64,000 bases of DNA, taken from positions 2,784,001 through 2,848,000 of the forward strand of contig CBDBDQ010000005.1 of NCBI GenBank assembly GCA_965203905.1, read 5' to 3'. This DNA comes from Spirochaetia bacterium (lineage in GTDB: Bacteria; Spirochaetota; Spirochaetia; SZUA-6; Bin103). Of this stretch, positions 17,955-27,037 are shown in pieces. How positions within the stretch are numbered: position 1 is the stretch's first letter; every line of letters starts with the position of its first letter. Position numbers and translations under genes: made by a program. The notes under the pieces were generated by a model. The model had not been told where the DNA came from, made no database searches, and saw nothing but the letters and a program-made list of their open reading frames with translations.

Positions 17955-19577
17955 CTAACTGCTCTGGTATCTCTCGTAAGCGGATTGCAGAGCGCTCCGA
18001 TATTTCTCGATTCCCATCCTCTCGAGCGTGTCGATGTAGTTGTCCCACTCGGAAAAGCTTGCATTGCCGGTGATGAACTTGACCACCATCTCGTCGATGT
18101 AGGTCGCGGCATCGGAGATGACCGGCTTGACCGTCGCCAATTCCTCCTGGGTGAGAATGAACGCGGGCCAGGTCTCCTCCGGCACAAAGGGTTTCAGGGT
18201 TTCCATGGCTTCCACCACTACGGGATGGCTGATGCCGCCCTTGCTGTACTTGAGCAATTGCACGGAAGGCATCGAGGTTCCGGCATAGGGCGTGAACCGG
18301 CTCATGGCCTGGTCCCAGGTGAGCTCCGGGTTGGCCATGATCTTGTCGGTATAGACGTACTCCCCGTTGGGCAGGATCTCGAACGTATCGCCCTCGATGC
18401 CCATGTGCACGAGCAGTATGGCGGCGTCACTGTAGGACCAGTTCAGCCAGCGCATGACTACCTTGGGAAACTTGCTCTGGTTGGTCACAACGGTGGATAT
18501 TCCGCCCAGAATGGAAGTGCGTGTGGACGTCATCTTGTCACCATTGGGACCCTCGAAGATTACCCCTTTGTAGTGATTCATCTGTCCCCGGCCAACCGGG
18601 GTAGTGTTGGTAAAGGCAAACGAGCCGACTGTCAGCGCTTCACCCTTGGCGGTGAATCCCGGCATGTCGGTGGTGAATATCTCCTGGTCGATCAAGCCGT
18701 CCTGCCAGAGCCGATTGAAAAACTGCAACAGCTCCTTGAAGGCAGGGTCCATGGCCAGCAGACGCACCTTGCCGTCGGCTCCGAGATCGTAGCCGTAGAG
18801 ATCCCAGCTGCCGACGCCCTTGTTGCCGAGTCCCCAGGAGCCTGACATCGAGCGCACCAGGGCGCGAATGTTGCGGCTGCCCATTCCGGCCAGCGGGAGC
18901 TCGTCGTTCGGGTCACCGTTGTTGTTGGCATCCTGCTCCTTGAAGGCTTTCAGAATGTTGTAGTAGTCCTCACTGGTCTCAGGATACTGGAGGCCAAGAT
19001 TCTCCACCCAGATCCTGTTGACATAGAGTGGTACGAGACGGTACAGCCCCTGCACGTTGGTGAGATGGTAGATGTTCCCATCCGGCGTCGTGATCCCCTT
19101 CTTGACCTCGGGATAGTCCTTGAACATCGCCTGGATGTTGGACCCGTAGGTATCGATAAGCTCGTTCAGCCGTATGAACATACCCTCGCCGCCGTACCTG
19201 ATCACTTCGTCCAGGGTCAGACCCACCGACATGAAGAAGTCGGGAAGATCGCCGCTGGCCAGGATCACGTTCTTCTTGGTGGCCCGCTCTCCCCAGGGCA
19301 GGAGGTCCCATTCGATGTGCACGCCGGTCTTCTTCTCATATTCGTGCCACACCAGCATCTCATCCCAGTCACCGTGAAACGGCCGCTTGGAGGAAACCGC
19401 GTGCAGAGTAAGCGGTTGGCTCACGATCGGGTATCCGGTCTCGTTGAGCACCGCGGCCTCGCCGGTAGCGGCAGCCTCCTCCTCTCCTCCCGCAAAGGCG
19501 AGAGGCACCAGCAGCAGCGACAGCAGGAGCGCAGTCGCGACTATCCTGCCCGGTCCATTAGCGAATCTGTTTGACAT
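17955..19577 (-). CDS. oligosaccharide ABC transporter substrate-binding protein (LplA-like)
   Basis: Signal peptide LAFAGG, LASGDLPD, LKAFKEQDANNNG..DE, KFITG..WDNY; AGGAGG RBS. Confidence 0.92.
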   Translation of the reverse strand: MSNRFANGPGRIVATALLLSLLLVPLAFAGGEEEAAATGEAAVLNETGYPIVSQPLTLHAVSSKRPFHGDWDEMLVWHEYEKKTGVHIEWDLLPWGERATKKNVILASGDLPDFFMSVGLTLDEVIRYGGEGMFIRLNELIDTYGSNIQAMFKDYPEVKKGITTPDGNIYHLTNVQGLYRLVPLYVNRIWVENLGLQYPETSEDYYNILKAFKEQDANNNGDPNDELPLAGMGSRNIRALVRSMSGSWGLGNKGVGSWDLYGYDLGADGKVRLLAMDPAFKELLQFFNRLWQDGLIDQEIFTTDMPGFTAKGEALTVGSFAFTNTTPVGRGQMNHYKGVIFEGPNGDKMTSTRTSILGGISTVVTNQSKFPKVVMRWLNWSYSDAAILLVHMGIEGDTFEILPNGEYVYTDKIMANPELTWDQAMSRFTPYAGTSMPSVQLLKYSKGGISHPVVVEAMETLKPFVPEETWPAFILTQEELATVKPVISDAATYIDEMVVKFITGNASFSEWDNYIDTLERMGIEKYRSALQSAYERYQSS

Positions 19578-19614
19578 CACCATCCTCCTACAGGTTGGTT
19601 GTCGACGAAGGCCT

Positions 19615-20508
19615 TCAACCCTTGATGGCCCCAAGCATGATTCCCTTGATAAAGTACCTCTGGAAAAAAGGATAGATGAACAGCAGCGGCACGCTGGACA
19701 CGATGATGACCGCGTACTTGATAGTCTCCGCCATCAGCATCTGCGTGGTAGCACTGTCGGACTGGCCGTCCATCATGTCCTGCATCTGGCTCTGCACCAG
19801 GATCTCCCGCAGGATCAGCTGCAGCGGATATCTTTCCCGGTCCGTGAGAAACATCAGAGCGCGCAGGAAGTTGTTCCACTGATCAACCGAATAGAACAAG
19901 ATCAACACGCCGATGATCGGTATCGAAAGAGGCAACACGACCTTGATCAGATACCCTATGTTGGTGGAGCCGTCGATCATCGCCGCTTCCTGCAGCTCCA
20001 CCGGGATAGCGTGCTCAAAAAAATTCCTCAGGATGATCAGATAGAACATGTTGACCGCCGCCGGAATCACCATCACGGCAAAGGTGTTGATCAGTCCCAG
20101 ACCGCGCACGATCAGATACAGGGGAATGAGGCCGCCATTGAAGAACATGGTGAACACCAGCAGCATCATGAACAGTTTCCTGCCGAAGAAGTCCTTCCGA
20201 GAGAGCGGATAGGCTCCCGCTATGGTCAGGCAGATGTTCAAGGTCACGCCCACGGTCACGTACAGGATCGTATTCTTGTAGCCCATCCAGATATCTTCGT
20301 TCTGGAACACCCTCTCATAGGCGATCATGGTAATATCCTTCGGAAACAGCAGCAACTTGCCTTCCAGGACCAGCATGGGGGCACTGATGGATGCGCTCAC
20401 CACGTACACCAACGGGTAGACAATGAGGCCCAGGATAGCGATCAGCATGATTCTGACGATGAGGCGGAAAACCCTGTCTTGTCTGGAATCAAGCTGAAAG
20501 TCACTCAC
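19615..20508 (-). CDS. carbohydrate ABC permease (LplC-like)
   Basis: FTMFFNGGLIP, ELQEAAMIDG, YPFFQRYF.KG. Confidence 0.93.
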   Translation of the reverse strand: MSDFQLDSRQDRVFRLIVRIMLIAILGLIVYPLVYVVSASISAPMLVLEGKLLLFPKDITMIAYERVFQNEDIWMGYKNTILYVTVGVTLNICLTIAGAYPLSRKDFFGRKLFMMLLVFTMFFNGGLIPLYLIVRGLGLINTFAVMVIPAAVNMFYLIILRNFFEHAIPVELQEAAMIDGSTNIGYLIKVVLPLSIPIIGVLILFYSVDQWNNFLRALMFLTDRERYPLQLILREILVQSQMQDMMDGQSDSATTQMLMAETIKYAVIIVSSVPLLFIYPFFQRYFIKGIMLGAIKG

Positions 20509-20515
20509 TGCCGCA

Positions 20516-21469
20516 TCACCAGAGACTGATCGCGCTCCACTGCCGGGCATAGCGATTGACCACAATGAGCAGCGCCAGATTGATCACCGCATTGAACAGG
20601 CCGACCGCGGCCGAGAAGCTGTACTCGGCACCAAGTAGACCGACGCGATAGACGAAGGTGGCAAAGACATCGGAAGCCTCTCGATTCAGGTCATTCTGCA
20701 TCAGAAACACTTTTTCGAAAGAGATGTCCATGACACGACCGACGTTGAGAATGAACATGATGACGGCGGTCGGAACCAGGGCCGGTATGGTAACGTGAAC
20801 AATCCGCTGTAGCCGGGTAGCGCCGTCGATTATTGCAGCTTCGTACAGGGACGGGTCGATGGTGCTCAGCGCAGCGATGTAGATGATCGAGTTCCAACCA
20901 ACGTGTTGCCACAGCTCCGACCACACGTAGATGGTCTTGAACCATGCCGGCTCGATCATGAAGTAGATGGTCTGACCGAACACGGCTTCGAGCAGTTTGT
21001 TGACCACACCGTTGCGCGGAGAGAGAAAAGAGAGGATGATGCCGACGGTCACCGCGGTCGATAGGAAGTGCGGCAGGTAGGATACGTTCTGCGACAGCTT
21101 CTTGAAGAACCGGTTGCGTATCTCATTGATCATGAGGGCGAGAAGAATCGGAATCGGGAAGGTAACGGCAAGCGTATAGAGGCTCAGTACCAGGGTATTT
21201 CTTATCAGACGCCAAAAGAAATAGGAGTTGAAGAAGCGAGTGAATTGGTCGAATCCAACGAACGTGCTACCGGCTATACCCTTCATCGGGCTGAAGTCCT
21301 GAAATGCAATGCTAGCGCCGTACATCGGGCCGTAATGGAATATGGCGAAGTACAGCAGGACCGGGATGATCAGCAGATAGAGGTCGAAGTTCCTGATGAT
21401 TCGTTTCTTTGCCAGTCGAAACGCAGAACGGCTTGCAGGCCTGGTGGTGTCAGCGCTAGCGTTCAGCAA
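20516..21469 (-). CDS. carbohydrate ABC permease (LplB-like)
   Basis: SYLPHFLS, GWNSIIYIAAL..IDPSLYEAA.IDGA, FEKVFLMQN. Confidence 0.93.
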   Translation of the reverse strand: MLNASADTTRPASRSAFRLAKKRIIRNFDLYLLIIPVLLYFAIFHYGPMYGASIAFQDFSPMKGIAGSTFVGFDQFTRFFNSYFFWRLIRNTLVLSLYTLAVTFPIPILLALMINEIRNRFFKKLSQNVSYLPHFLSTAVTVGIILSFLSPRNGVVNKLLEAVFGQTIYFMIEPAWFKTIYVWSELWQHVGWNSIIYIAALSTIDPSLYEAAIIDGATRLQRIVHVTIPALVPTAVIMFILNVGRVMDISFEKVFLMQNDLNREASDVFATFVYRVGLLGAEYSFSAAVGLFNAVINLALLIVVNRYARQWSAISLW

Positions 21470-21901
21470 GGTAGCCGTGTCCTCCCCACCCCGAGAGAGT
21501 GCCTCACACGGATCGCCTAACCGTGGCAGCCGGAGCTCCGCTGCGTCGCCGTGGGTAGACGACGAGCAGCCATGCGGCCAGTCACGGGGCGCCGTGCAAC
21601 GTGCTCAGTGGACGCCGCCGATGAAGAGAGGGAGCGTCACCGCGCGAGATGCTACGTCGCGTGGACGTGGCATTCTTCCAGCCTCCTTTCCGACTATCTC
21701 AGCCTAGCATGTGGCGTCGGCTCGGTCAACCGAGCTACAGCCCGACCAGCCTTACCGGGTGGGCCCTCTCCGTCCGCACCCTTATCGTGACTACACAAGC
21801 GGTCACCGCGGACGCCCCACGGCACTGCGCCGAGTCATGCTCTCGCCACAGCATGCAGATCTGCTTGCCCATGCAGCGGCCGGCGCCCCGTCCCACTCTG
21901 C

Positions 21902-23266
21902 TCACCTGTCAAACAGACTCATGTCCTCGGCGAAGGCCCCCTTCGCCAAGTGTTCACGAATCAGCTCGACCGACCACGGTTCTTTCGGCCTCTTCGAGTG
22001 GACATCGTCGATCAGCTTGTCTACAGCCGCGAAACTGCCGCTCAAGGAGGTTCCCCGACGTTCGAAGAATTCGGATCTGCTGAGAACGACTGACACGTCA
22101 TTGGTTACGGAGCGCCACTCGTAGGCAATTGCAACGTGCTTCGAGGTGCTTCCGCCGTTGTCGAAATATACGGCTCCAATCGGCACTAGATCTGACAACC
22201 TGATCTGCAGCCGCAGCTCTTCTTCGAGCTCTCGAGCCGCGCAACGAATGAGAGGATCGCCGTTGTCGGCGTCTTCACGTCGAACATGCCCACCGGCCCA
22301 TAGTACAACCTTGTCGTGAAGCGGATTGTCACTTGTTCTCTCCCGCCGACGAAGACGAAGCACGTCGCCATCAGCGTTCCTGATCACGACTATCGGGAGC
22401 GCCTGAACCCTCGATCTATCGTCTTCTACCTGGTCTCGGATCCGAAAGTCAGACTGGTCGGACTCGAGGAGGAACCGTTGCGCACGGTCAGCAGGGATGA
22501 AGTTCTTGTTCCCGAACGCTTTGGTTACAAGTTCCTTGGGGAATGATAGAATCTCTTCGGCAATGTGTTCTTCGATGAGGCCAATAACAAGGTCGGCAAC
22601 TACCTCGGCAGTTCGTCTCGGATCATCCCGAGTCTCGCCTTCCGACGTATTTATTTGGAATATCCTGAAGTCTTTGCTGAGGAGTTCAGCACACTCCTCG
22701 TTCACGGCCTTTACTTGCCGAAGAACATCGACATTCATGATGGAGCCTCCGCCTCCTACGACAGGCAATACGCTTTGTTCGCGCTTCATCGCATCAGAAG
22801 GGGAGGACAACATCACGAATACGGCCGAAACTCGCTTCCGCCAGTCATCGATCGAGAGGAACTTCTGAATGGTCTCCCTATCTTCCTTGCGTATCCGAGA
22901 GAGTTTCTCCATCATGGTCAGCCAGCAGATCGAGTCAAACAAGCCCTGGTCGAGAAACAGAATTTGAGGATCGTCAGAGCGCGGCGGATTCTGTGTCTTC
23001 TCCAGTATCTGTGCGAGCGTCGTGCACAGCGTCCAGATATTGAAATTGGCGTGTTTCTTGTCGCGAATGGGGCACACTGACGCACGTTCCACCATCACGT
23101 CAGTGCGGAAACCGCAGCGTTTCAGGAAAGCCTGAACTTGAGTAAGCGTAGTCGTCTTTCCGGCTTTCGGTACGCCGGCGAATTCGATTACCAATGGCTT
23201 TCGAGCTTTGTCGCGGAATAACCGTGCCGCACGTTCGGCACGTTCCTGGAGATGGGTCTTGTTCAT
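21902..23266 (-). CDS. P-loop nucleotide kinase (thymidylate kinase-like) fused to a Nudix hydrolase
   Basis: IEFAGVPKAGKT Walker A, LFLDQG. C-terminal QALPIVVI..LHDK..AGGHV..AARELEEEL Nudix box. Confidence 0.8.
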   Translation of the reverse strand: MNKTHLQERAERAARLFRDKARKPLVIEFAGVPKAGKTTTLTQVQAFLKRCGFRTDVMVERASVCPIRDKKHANFNIWTLCTTLAQILEKTQNPPRSDDPQILFLDQGLFDSICWLTMMEKLSRIRKEDRETIQKFLSIDDWRKRVSAVFVMLSSPSDAMKREQSVLPVVGGGGSIMNVDVLRQVKAVNEECAELLSKDFRIFQINTSEGETRDDPRRTAEVVADLVIGLIEEHIAEEILSFPKELVTKAFGNKNFIPADRAQRFLLESDQSDFRIRDQVEDDRSRVQALPIVVIRNADGDVLRLRRRERTSDNPLHDKVVLWAGGHVRREDADNGDPLIRCAARELEEELRLQIRLSDLVPIGAVYFDNGGSTSKHVAIAYEWRSVTNDVSVVLSRSEFFERRGTSLSGSFAAVDKLIDDVHSKRPKEPWSVELIREHLAKGAFAEDMSLFDR

Positions 23267-23320
23267 GTACTACACGATGTCCATTTCGTGCCCGCGCCGT
23301 GGTTGCCGTTAGTGCCTTGA

Positions 23321-23348
23321 AGTATGGTGCACCTGCCCGGAAAGTCAA
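23321..23348 (-). promoter_or_regulatory. putative sigma70 promoter for the kinase-Nudix gene
   Basis: Minus strand TTGACT-16 nt-CATACT about 55 nt upstream of ATG 23266. Confidence 0.4.
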
Positions 23349-23430
23349 CCGGCACGCGCATCGATCGCATCGATGCATATCCAATGGGGCTGCAACAGCA
23401 AGCGCGTGCGACCGCTCGCTGGTACCTGCG

Positions 23431-24729
23431 CTACCGTGACGGGGGGCTTCGGTCGGTGTCGTCGAGAGCTGAGGGCAGGGCGCAGATCTGGTTGGCCCGG
23501 CCGTGGTCCAGGACCGCCCGGCGGGCGGCGGGGCCGGCGGCCATTGGCAACACCACCAGGTTGGCCTCGGTCCCTTCGCTCAGCTCCACCTGCGGGCGCT
23601 CTTCGTAGCCGGTGCTCGGCAGCACCTTGTTGAGGGTCAGGTGGTTGTGGTGGCTCCTGGTGCCGGTTTCGCGGTCGGCGCCGAGGCGGATCACCGGATG
23701 CTCGCGGTTGAAGCTGAGCAGGCTGTTGCCGGCCACGGTGCAGTCGGCGCAGCCGGCCATGGTGAGGGTGTCGTAGCGCTCGCCGTCCTGCTCGTAGCCG
23801 AGGGCCGCGGTGGCGCCGAAGCGGCCGTAGCCGCGTGGTCCGGAGCCGTCCACCACGAAGGTGTTGCCGCTGACGTGGGTCATGCTGCAGTGGCGCAGGC
23901 GGGCGAAGCACTGCACCAGTTCGTGGTTGAACATGAACGCGTTGTCGCTGACCGTGCCGCCGCGGAAGCCGTCCAGGTCGAACACCAGCGGGCCCGGGTT
24001 CCAGCCGGTGTTGTCGGACAGCACCATCTCCTTGGTGGTGAGGTCGGTGCGGCTGGCGCTGCGCAGCTCGAACACGGTGCCGCTCATGTCGTGGAAGCCG
24101 TTGCGCGAGATCACGCTGGCGAACAGCGAGCTGTGCAGCTTGATGGCGACGTTGCACTCCGCAATCCAGTTGTCGGTGATGTACCACACGTCCATGGTCG
24201 ATTCGGGGTGCTCGTTGATGATGCCGTGGGTGAGGTGGATGAGCTGGCAGTAGTCGACCACGCAGGAGAAGGGCCTGGTGTCCGGCATGATGCGGATGCC
24301 GTTCTGTTCCGGATCGATGTCGGGACGCACGCCGATGCGTCCGTTCTGGCCGCAGATGGTGATGTTGCGCAGGGTGAACGCGCTCAGCCGCGACGCCGGG
24401 CCCAGCCGGATCGCGTCGCGGCAGGACGGCGCCACCAGCAGGCGCGTCTTGCCCTCCCAGCCGCGGTCGGGTCGCTGCGGGCCACGGTTGAACCGCGGGT
24501 AGGCGAAGCCGAAGGTGTAGCCCTGGATGGCGACGTTGCTGCGCGTCACCACGATCGGCTCCTGGAGCAGATAGGTGCCGGGGGCGAGGAACAGGTCGAG
24601 GCCGCCCTCGTCCCAGTGCTCCTCCAGCAGGGCGTTGAGCGCCGCCCCGGTGTCGCGCGCCCCGCTGTTGTCCACCCGCGCCCAGTGAGTGCCGGCCCGG
24701 CTGACCACCTGTACGTTGGCTTGCTGCAT
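23431..24729 (-). CDS. right-handed beta-helix enzyme, inulin fructotransferase/DFA-forming (GH91)-like
   Basis: APGTYLL..PIVV..SNVAIQG, ITDNWIAEC, repeated SxN-F/T beta-helix coils; lies downstream of an oligosaccharide importer. Confidence 0.6.
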   Translation of the reverse strand: MQQANVQVVSRAGTHWARVDNSGARDTGAALNALLEEHWDEGGLDLFLAPGTYLLQEPIVVTRSNVAIQGYTFGFAYPRFNRGPQRPDRGWEGKTRLLVAPSCRDAIRLGPASRLSAFTLRNITICGQNGRIGVRPDIDPEQNGIRIMPDTRPFSCVVDYCQLIHLTHGIINEHPESTMDVWYITDNWIAECNVAIKLHSSLFASVISRNGFHDMSGTVFELRSASRTDLTTKEMVLSDNTGWNPGPLVFDLDGFRGGTVSDNAFMFNHELVQCFARLRHCSMTHVSGNTFVVDGSGPRGYGRFGATAALGYEQDGERYDTLTMAGCADCTVAGNSLLSFNREHPVIRLGADRETGTRSHHNHLTLNKVLPSTGYEERPQVELSEGTEANLVVLPMAAGPAARRAVLDHGRANQICALPSALDDTDRSPPSR

Positions 24730-24772
24730 CCTCGTTCGCGCCTCCCGGCGCCTGTTGCCGACTCCGGGTCGG

Positions 24773-25903
24773 CTAGGTCCGATACGGGTCGGCGGCGTCG
24801 CGCAGGCCGTCGCCGAAGAAGTTGTACATCAGCACCGCCACCACCACGAAGAGGCACGGCGTCAGCAGCCATGGCTGCTGCGACACCACCTGCAGGCTCT
24901 GCGCGTCCTGCAGCAGCGTGCCCCAGCTCACCGCCGGCGGCTGGATGCCGAGGCCCAGGAAGCTCAGCGCGGTCTCGCCCAGGATCATGGCCGGGATGGC
25001 GAGGGTGAGCGACACCAGGATGTAGCTGAGGAACGAGGGCACCAAGTGGCGCAGGATCACCTTCATCTGGGTGGCCCCGGAAATCAGCGCCGCCAGCACG
25101 AAGTCCTCCCGCCGCAGCGCCAGGAACTTGCCGCGCACCACCCGCGCCAGCCCGGCCCAGCCGATGAAGGAGAGGATCACGGTGATGGCGAAGTAGGTGG
25201 CGACGACCGACCAGTTGCGCGGCACCGCCGCCGCCAGCGCCATCCACAGCGGGATGGTGGGCAGCGAGGTGACCAGGTCGACGCTGCGCATCACCACCCG
25301 GTCCACCACGCCGCCGAAGTAGCCGGCCAAACCGCCGAGCAGGATGCCGAAGATGGTGCTCAGGAACACCCCCACCAGGCCGATGGTCAGCGAGATGCGC
25401 GATGCGTACACCGCGCGCGAGAACAGGTCGCGCCCCAGGCGGTCGGTGCCGAGCAGGAACAGCGGCGCCCCGGGCTCGGCGGTGAGCAGGTGCAGCCGTC
25501 CCGGCAACACCCCCCACAGCAGGTACTCCGTGCCGGGCGCCAGGAAGCGCACCCGGGCTGCACCCGCCGCCTCCGGCACGTACACGTCGCGGAAGGTGTC
25601 CGGATCGCGCTCGCGGCGCAGCTCGTAGACGAACGGACCGCCGAACGGCGGCCGCAGCTCGTCGCTGAGCGCGCGCAGGCGGACCGCATTGGGCGGAGAG
25701 CGCACGTAGTCGGGGTACCGCTGCAGGGGCGAGTGGGGCGCGATCACCTCGGCGAACAGCGCCACCAGGTACAGCAGCGCCAGCACCGGCGTCGCCACCA
25801 GGGCCAGCCGATGGCGGCGGAACTTGAGCCACATCATGCGCCACTGCGAGGCGACGAAGTAGCGCTCCTGGTCGGCCGCGGAGCGGGTTGCCGCCCGCCT
25901 CAC
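24773..25903 (-). CDS. DppC/OppC-type ABC permease
   Basis: GTG overlapping upstream stop. LGTDRLGRD, ILGETALSFLGLG, GDGLRDAADP. Confidence 0.93.
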   Translation of the reverse strand: MRRAATRSAADQERYFVASQWRMMWLKFRRHRLALVATPVLALLYLVALFAEVIAPHSPLQRYPDYVRSPPNAVRLRALSDELRPPFGGPFVYELRRERDPDTFRDVYVPEAAGAARVRFLAPGTEYLLWGVLPGRLHLLTAEPGAPLFLLGTDRLGRDLFSRAVYASRISLTIGLVGVFLSTIFGILLGGLAGYFGGVVDRVVMRSVDLVTSLPTIPLWMALAAAVPRNWSVVATYFAITVILSFIGWAGLARVVRGKFLALRREDFVLAALISGATQMKVILRHLVPSFLSYILVSLTLAIPAMILGETALSFLGLGIQPPAVSWGTLLQDAQSLQVVSQQPWLLTPCLFVVVAVLMYNFFGDGLRDAADPYRT

Positions 25904-26901
25904 TCCGCCAGCCCCCCGAACTGGATGCGCGGGTCGATCCACGCCAGCAGGATGTCGGAAACCAGGTTGCCGACCAGCACCAGGCTGCTGAGGATGAGCA
26001 CGATGCTGCCGGCCAGGTACATGTCCTGCGCCAGCAGGGCGTGAAACAGGATCGGCCCGGTGGTCTGCAGGTTGAGCACGATGGAGGTGACCGTTTCGCC
26101 GGACACGATCGCCGGCAGCACCCAGCCGATGCCGCTGATGATCGGATTCACCGCCAGCCGCACCGGGTAGCGGAACAGCAGCCGCGGCTCGCTCACCCCC
26201 TTGGCGCGCGCCGTCACCACGTACTGCTTGGCCAGCTCGTCCAGCAGGCTGCCGCGCAGCACCCGGATCAGCGCCGCCATCCCCGACACCGCGACGATGA
26301 TCACCGGCGCCCAGATCCGCTTCAGCAGGTCGCCGACGCGGGCCAGGCTCCACGGCACGTCGATGAAGTCGGGCGAGAACAGTCCGGTGATGGCGACGCC
26401 GAAGTAGCGGAAGGCGAACCACAGCACCACCAGCGCCAGCAGGAAGCTGGGCACCGCCAGGCCGACGAATCCAAGGAACGTGAACGTGTAGTCGAACCAG
26501 GAGTACTGGCGCACTGCCGAGACGATCCCCACCGGCACCGCCACCAGGTAGGTCACCACCAGCGACAGCAGCGACAGCACGATGGCGGTAACCATCGGGT
26601 CGCGGATGATCTCGTTCACCGGCCGGTTGAAGGTCAGCGACCAGCCGAAGTTGCCACGCAGCACCAGGTTGCCGATCCACTTCGCGTAGCGCACGTGGAA
26701 CGGCCGGTCGAGGCCGTAGAAGCGGGTCAGGTTCTCCACCTCGGCCGGCGACAGCTTGGTGGCGGTGAATTCCTCCAGGCGCTGGATGTAGGTGGTGAGG
26801 AAGTCGCCGGGCGGCAGCTCGATCAGCACGAAGGCGATGATCGAGACCGCCAGGATCAGGGGCAGGAAGCCGATGGCGCGCCGTAATATGTACTGCAACA
26901 T
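25900..26901 (-). CDS. DppB/OppB-type ABC permease
   Basis: LPPGD, YVVTARAKGV, QDMYLAG, DPRI. Confidence 0.93.
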   Translation of the reverse strand: MLQYILRRAIGFLPLILAVSIIAFVLIELPPGDFLTTYIQRLEEFTATKLSPAEVENLTRFYGLDRPFHVRYAKWIGNLVLRGNFGWSLTFNRPVNEIIRDPMVTAIVLSLLSLVVTYLVAVPVGIVSAVRQYSWFDYTFTFLGFVGLAVPSFLLALVVLWFAFRYFGVAITGLFSPDFIDVPWSLARVGDLLKRIWAPVIIVAVSGMAALIRVLRGSLLDELAKQYVVTARAKGVSEPRLLFRYPVRLAVNPIISGIGWVLPAIVSGETVTSIVLNLQTTGPILFHALLAQDMYLAGSIVLILSSLVLVGNLVSDILLAWIDPRIQFGGLAE

Positions 26902-27037
26902 GGCGGGAGGTGCCGGCGTGGCGCGCGGCGGGCGGCCGGATCGCCTCGACGCGCGTCATGCCCTGCGCGGTCACGGCCGCCGGCCGGGAGCGGCGCAGAC
27001 GGCGCATGACCGTGCGGCGGATGCACGGGTGTCGCGG

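Noticed and set aside
21470-21900. Possible ncRNA/riboswitch in the long intergenic region (palindrome GCTCGGT-CA-ACCGAGC near 21720-21735)
   Set aside because: No recognisable Rfam-type consensus by eye; the palindrome alone is insufficient and needs a covariance search.
23267-23430. attC site flanking the kinase-Nudix gene
   Set aside because: A GTTAG is present but there is no properly spaced R''/L''/L'/R' palindrome; the region reads better as a promoter.
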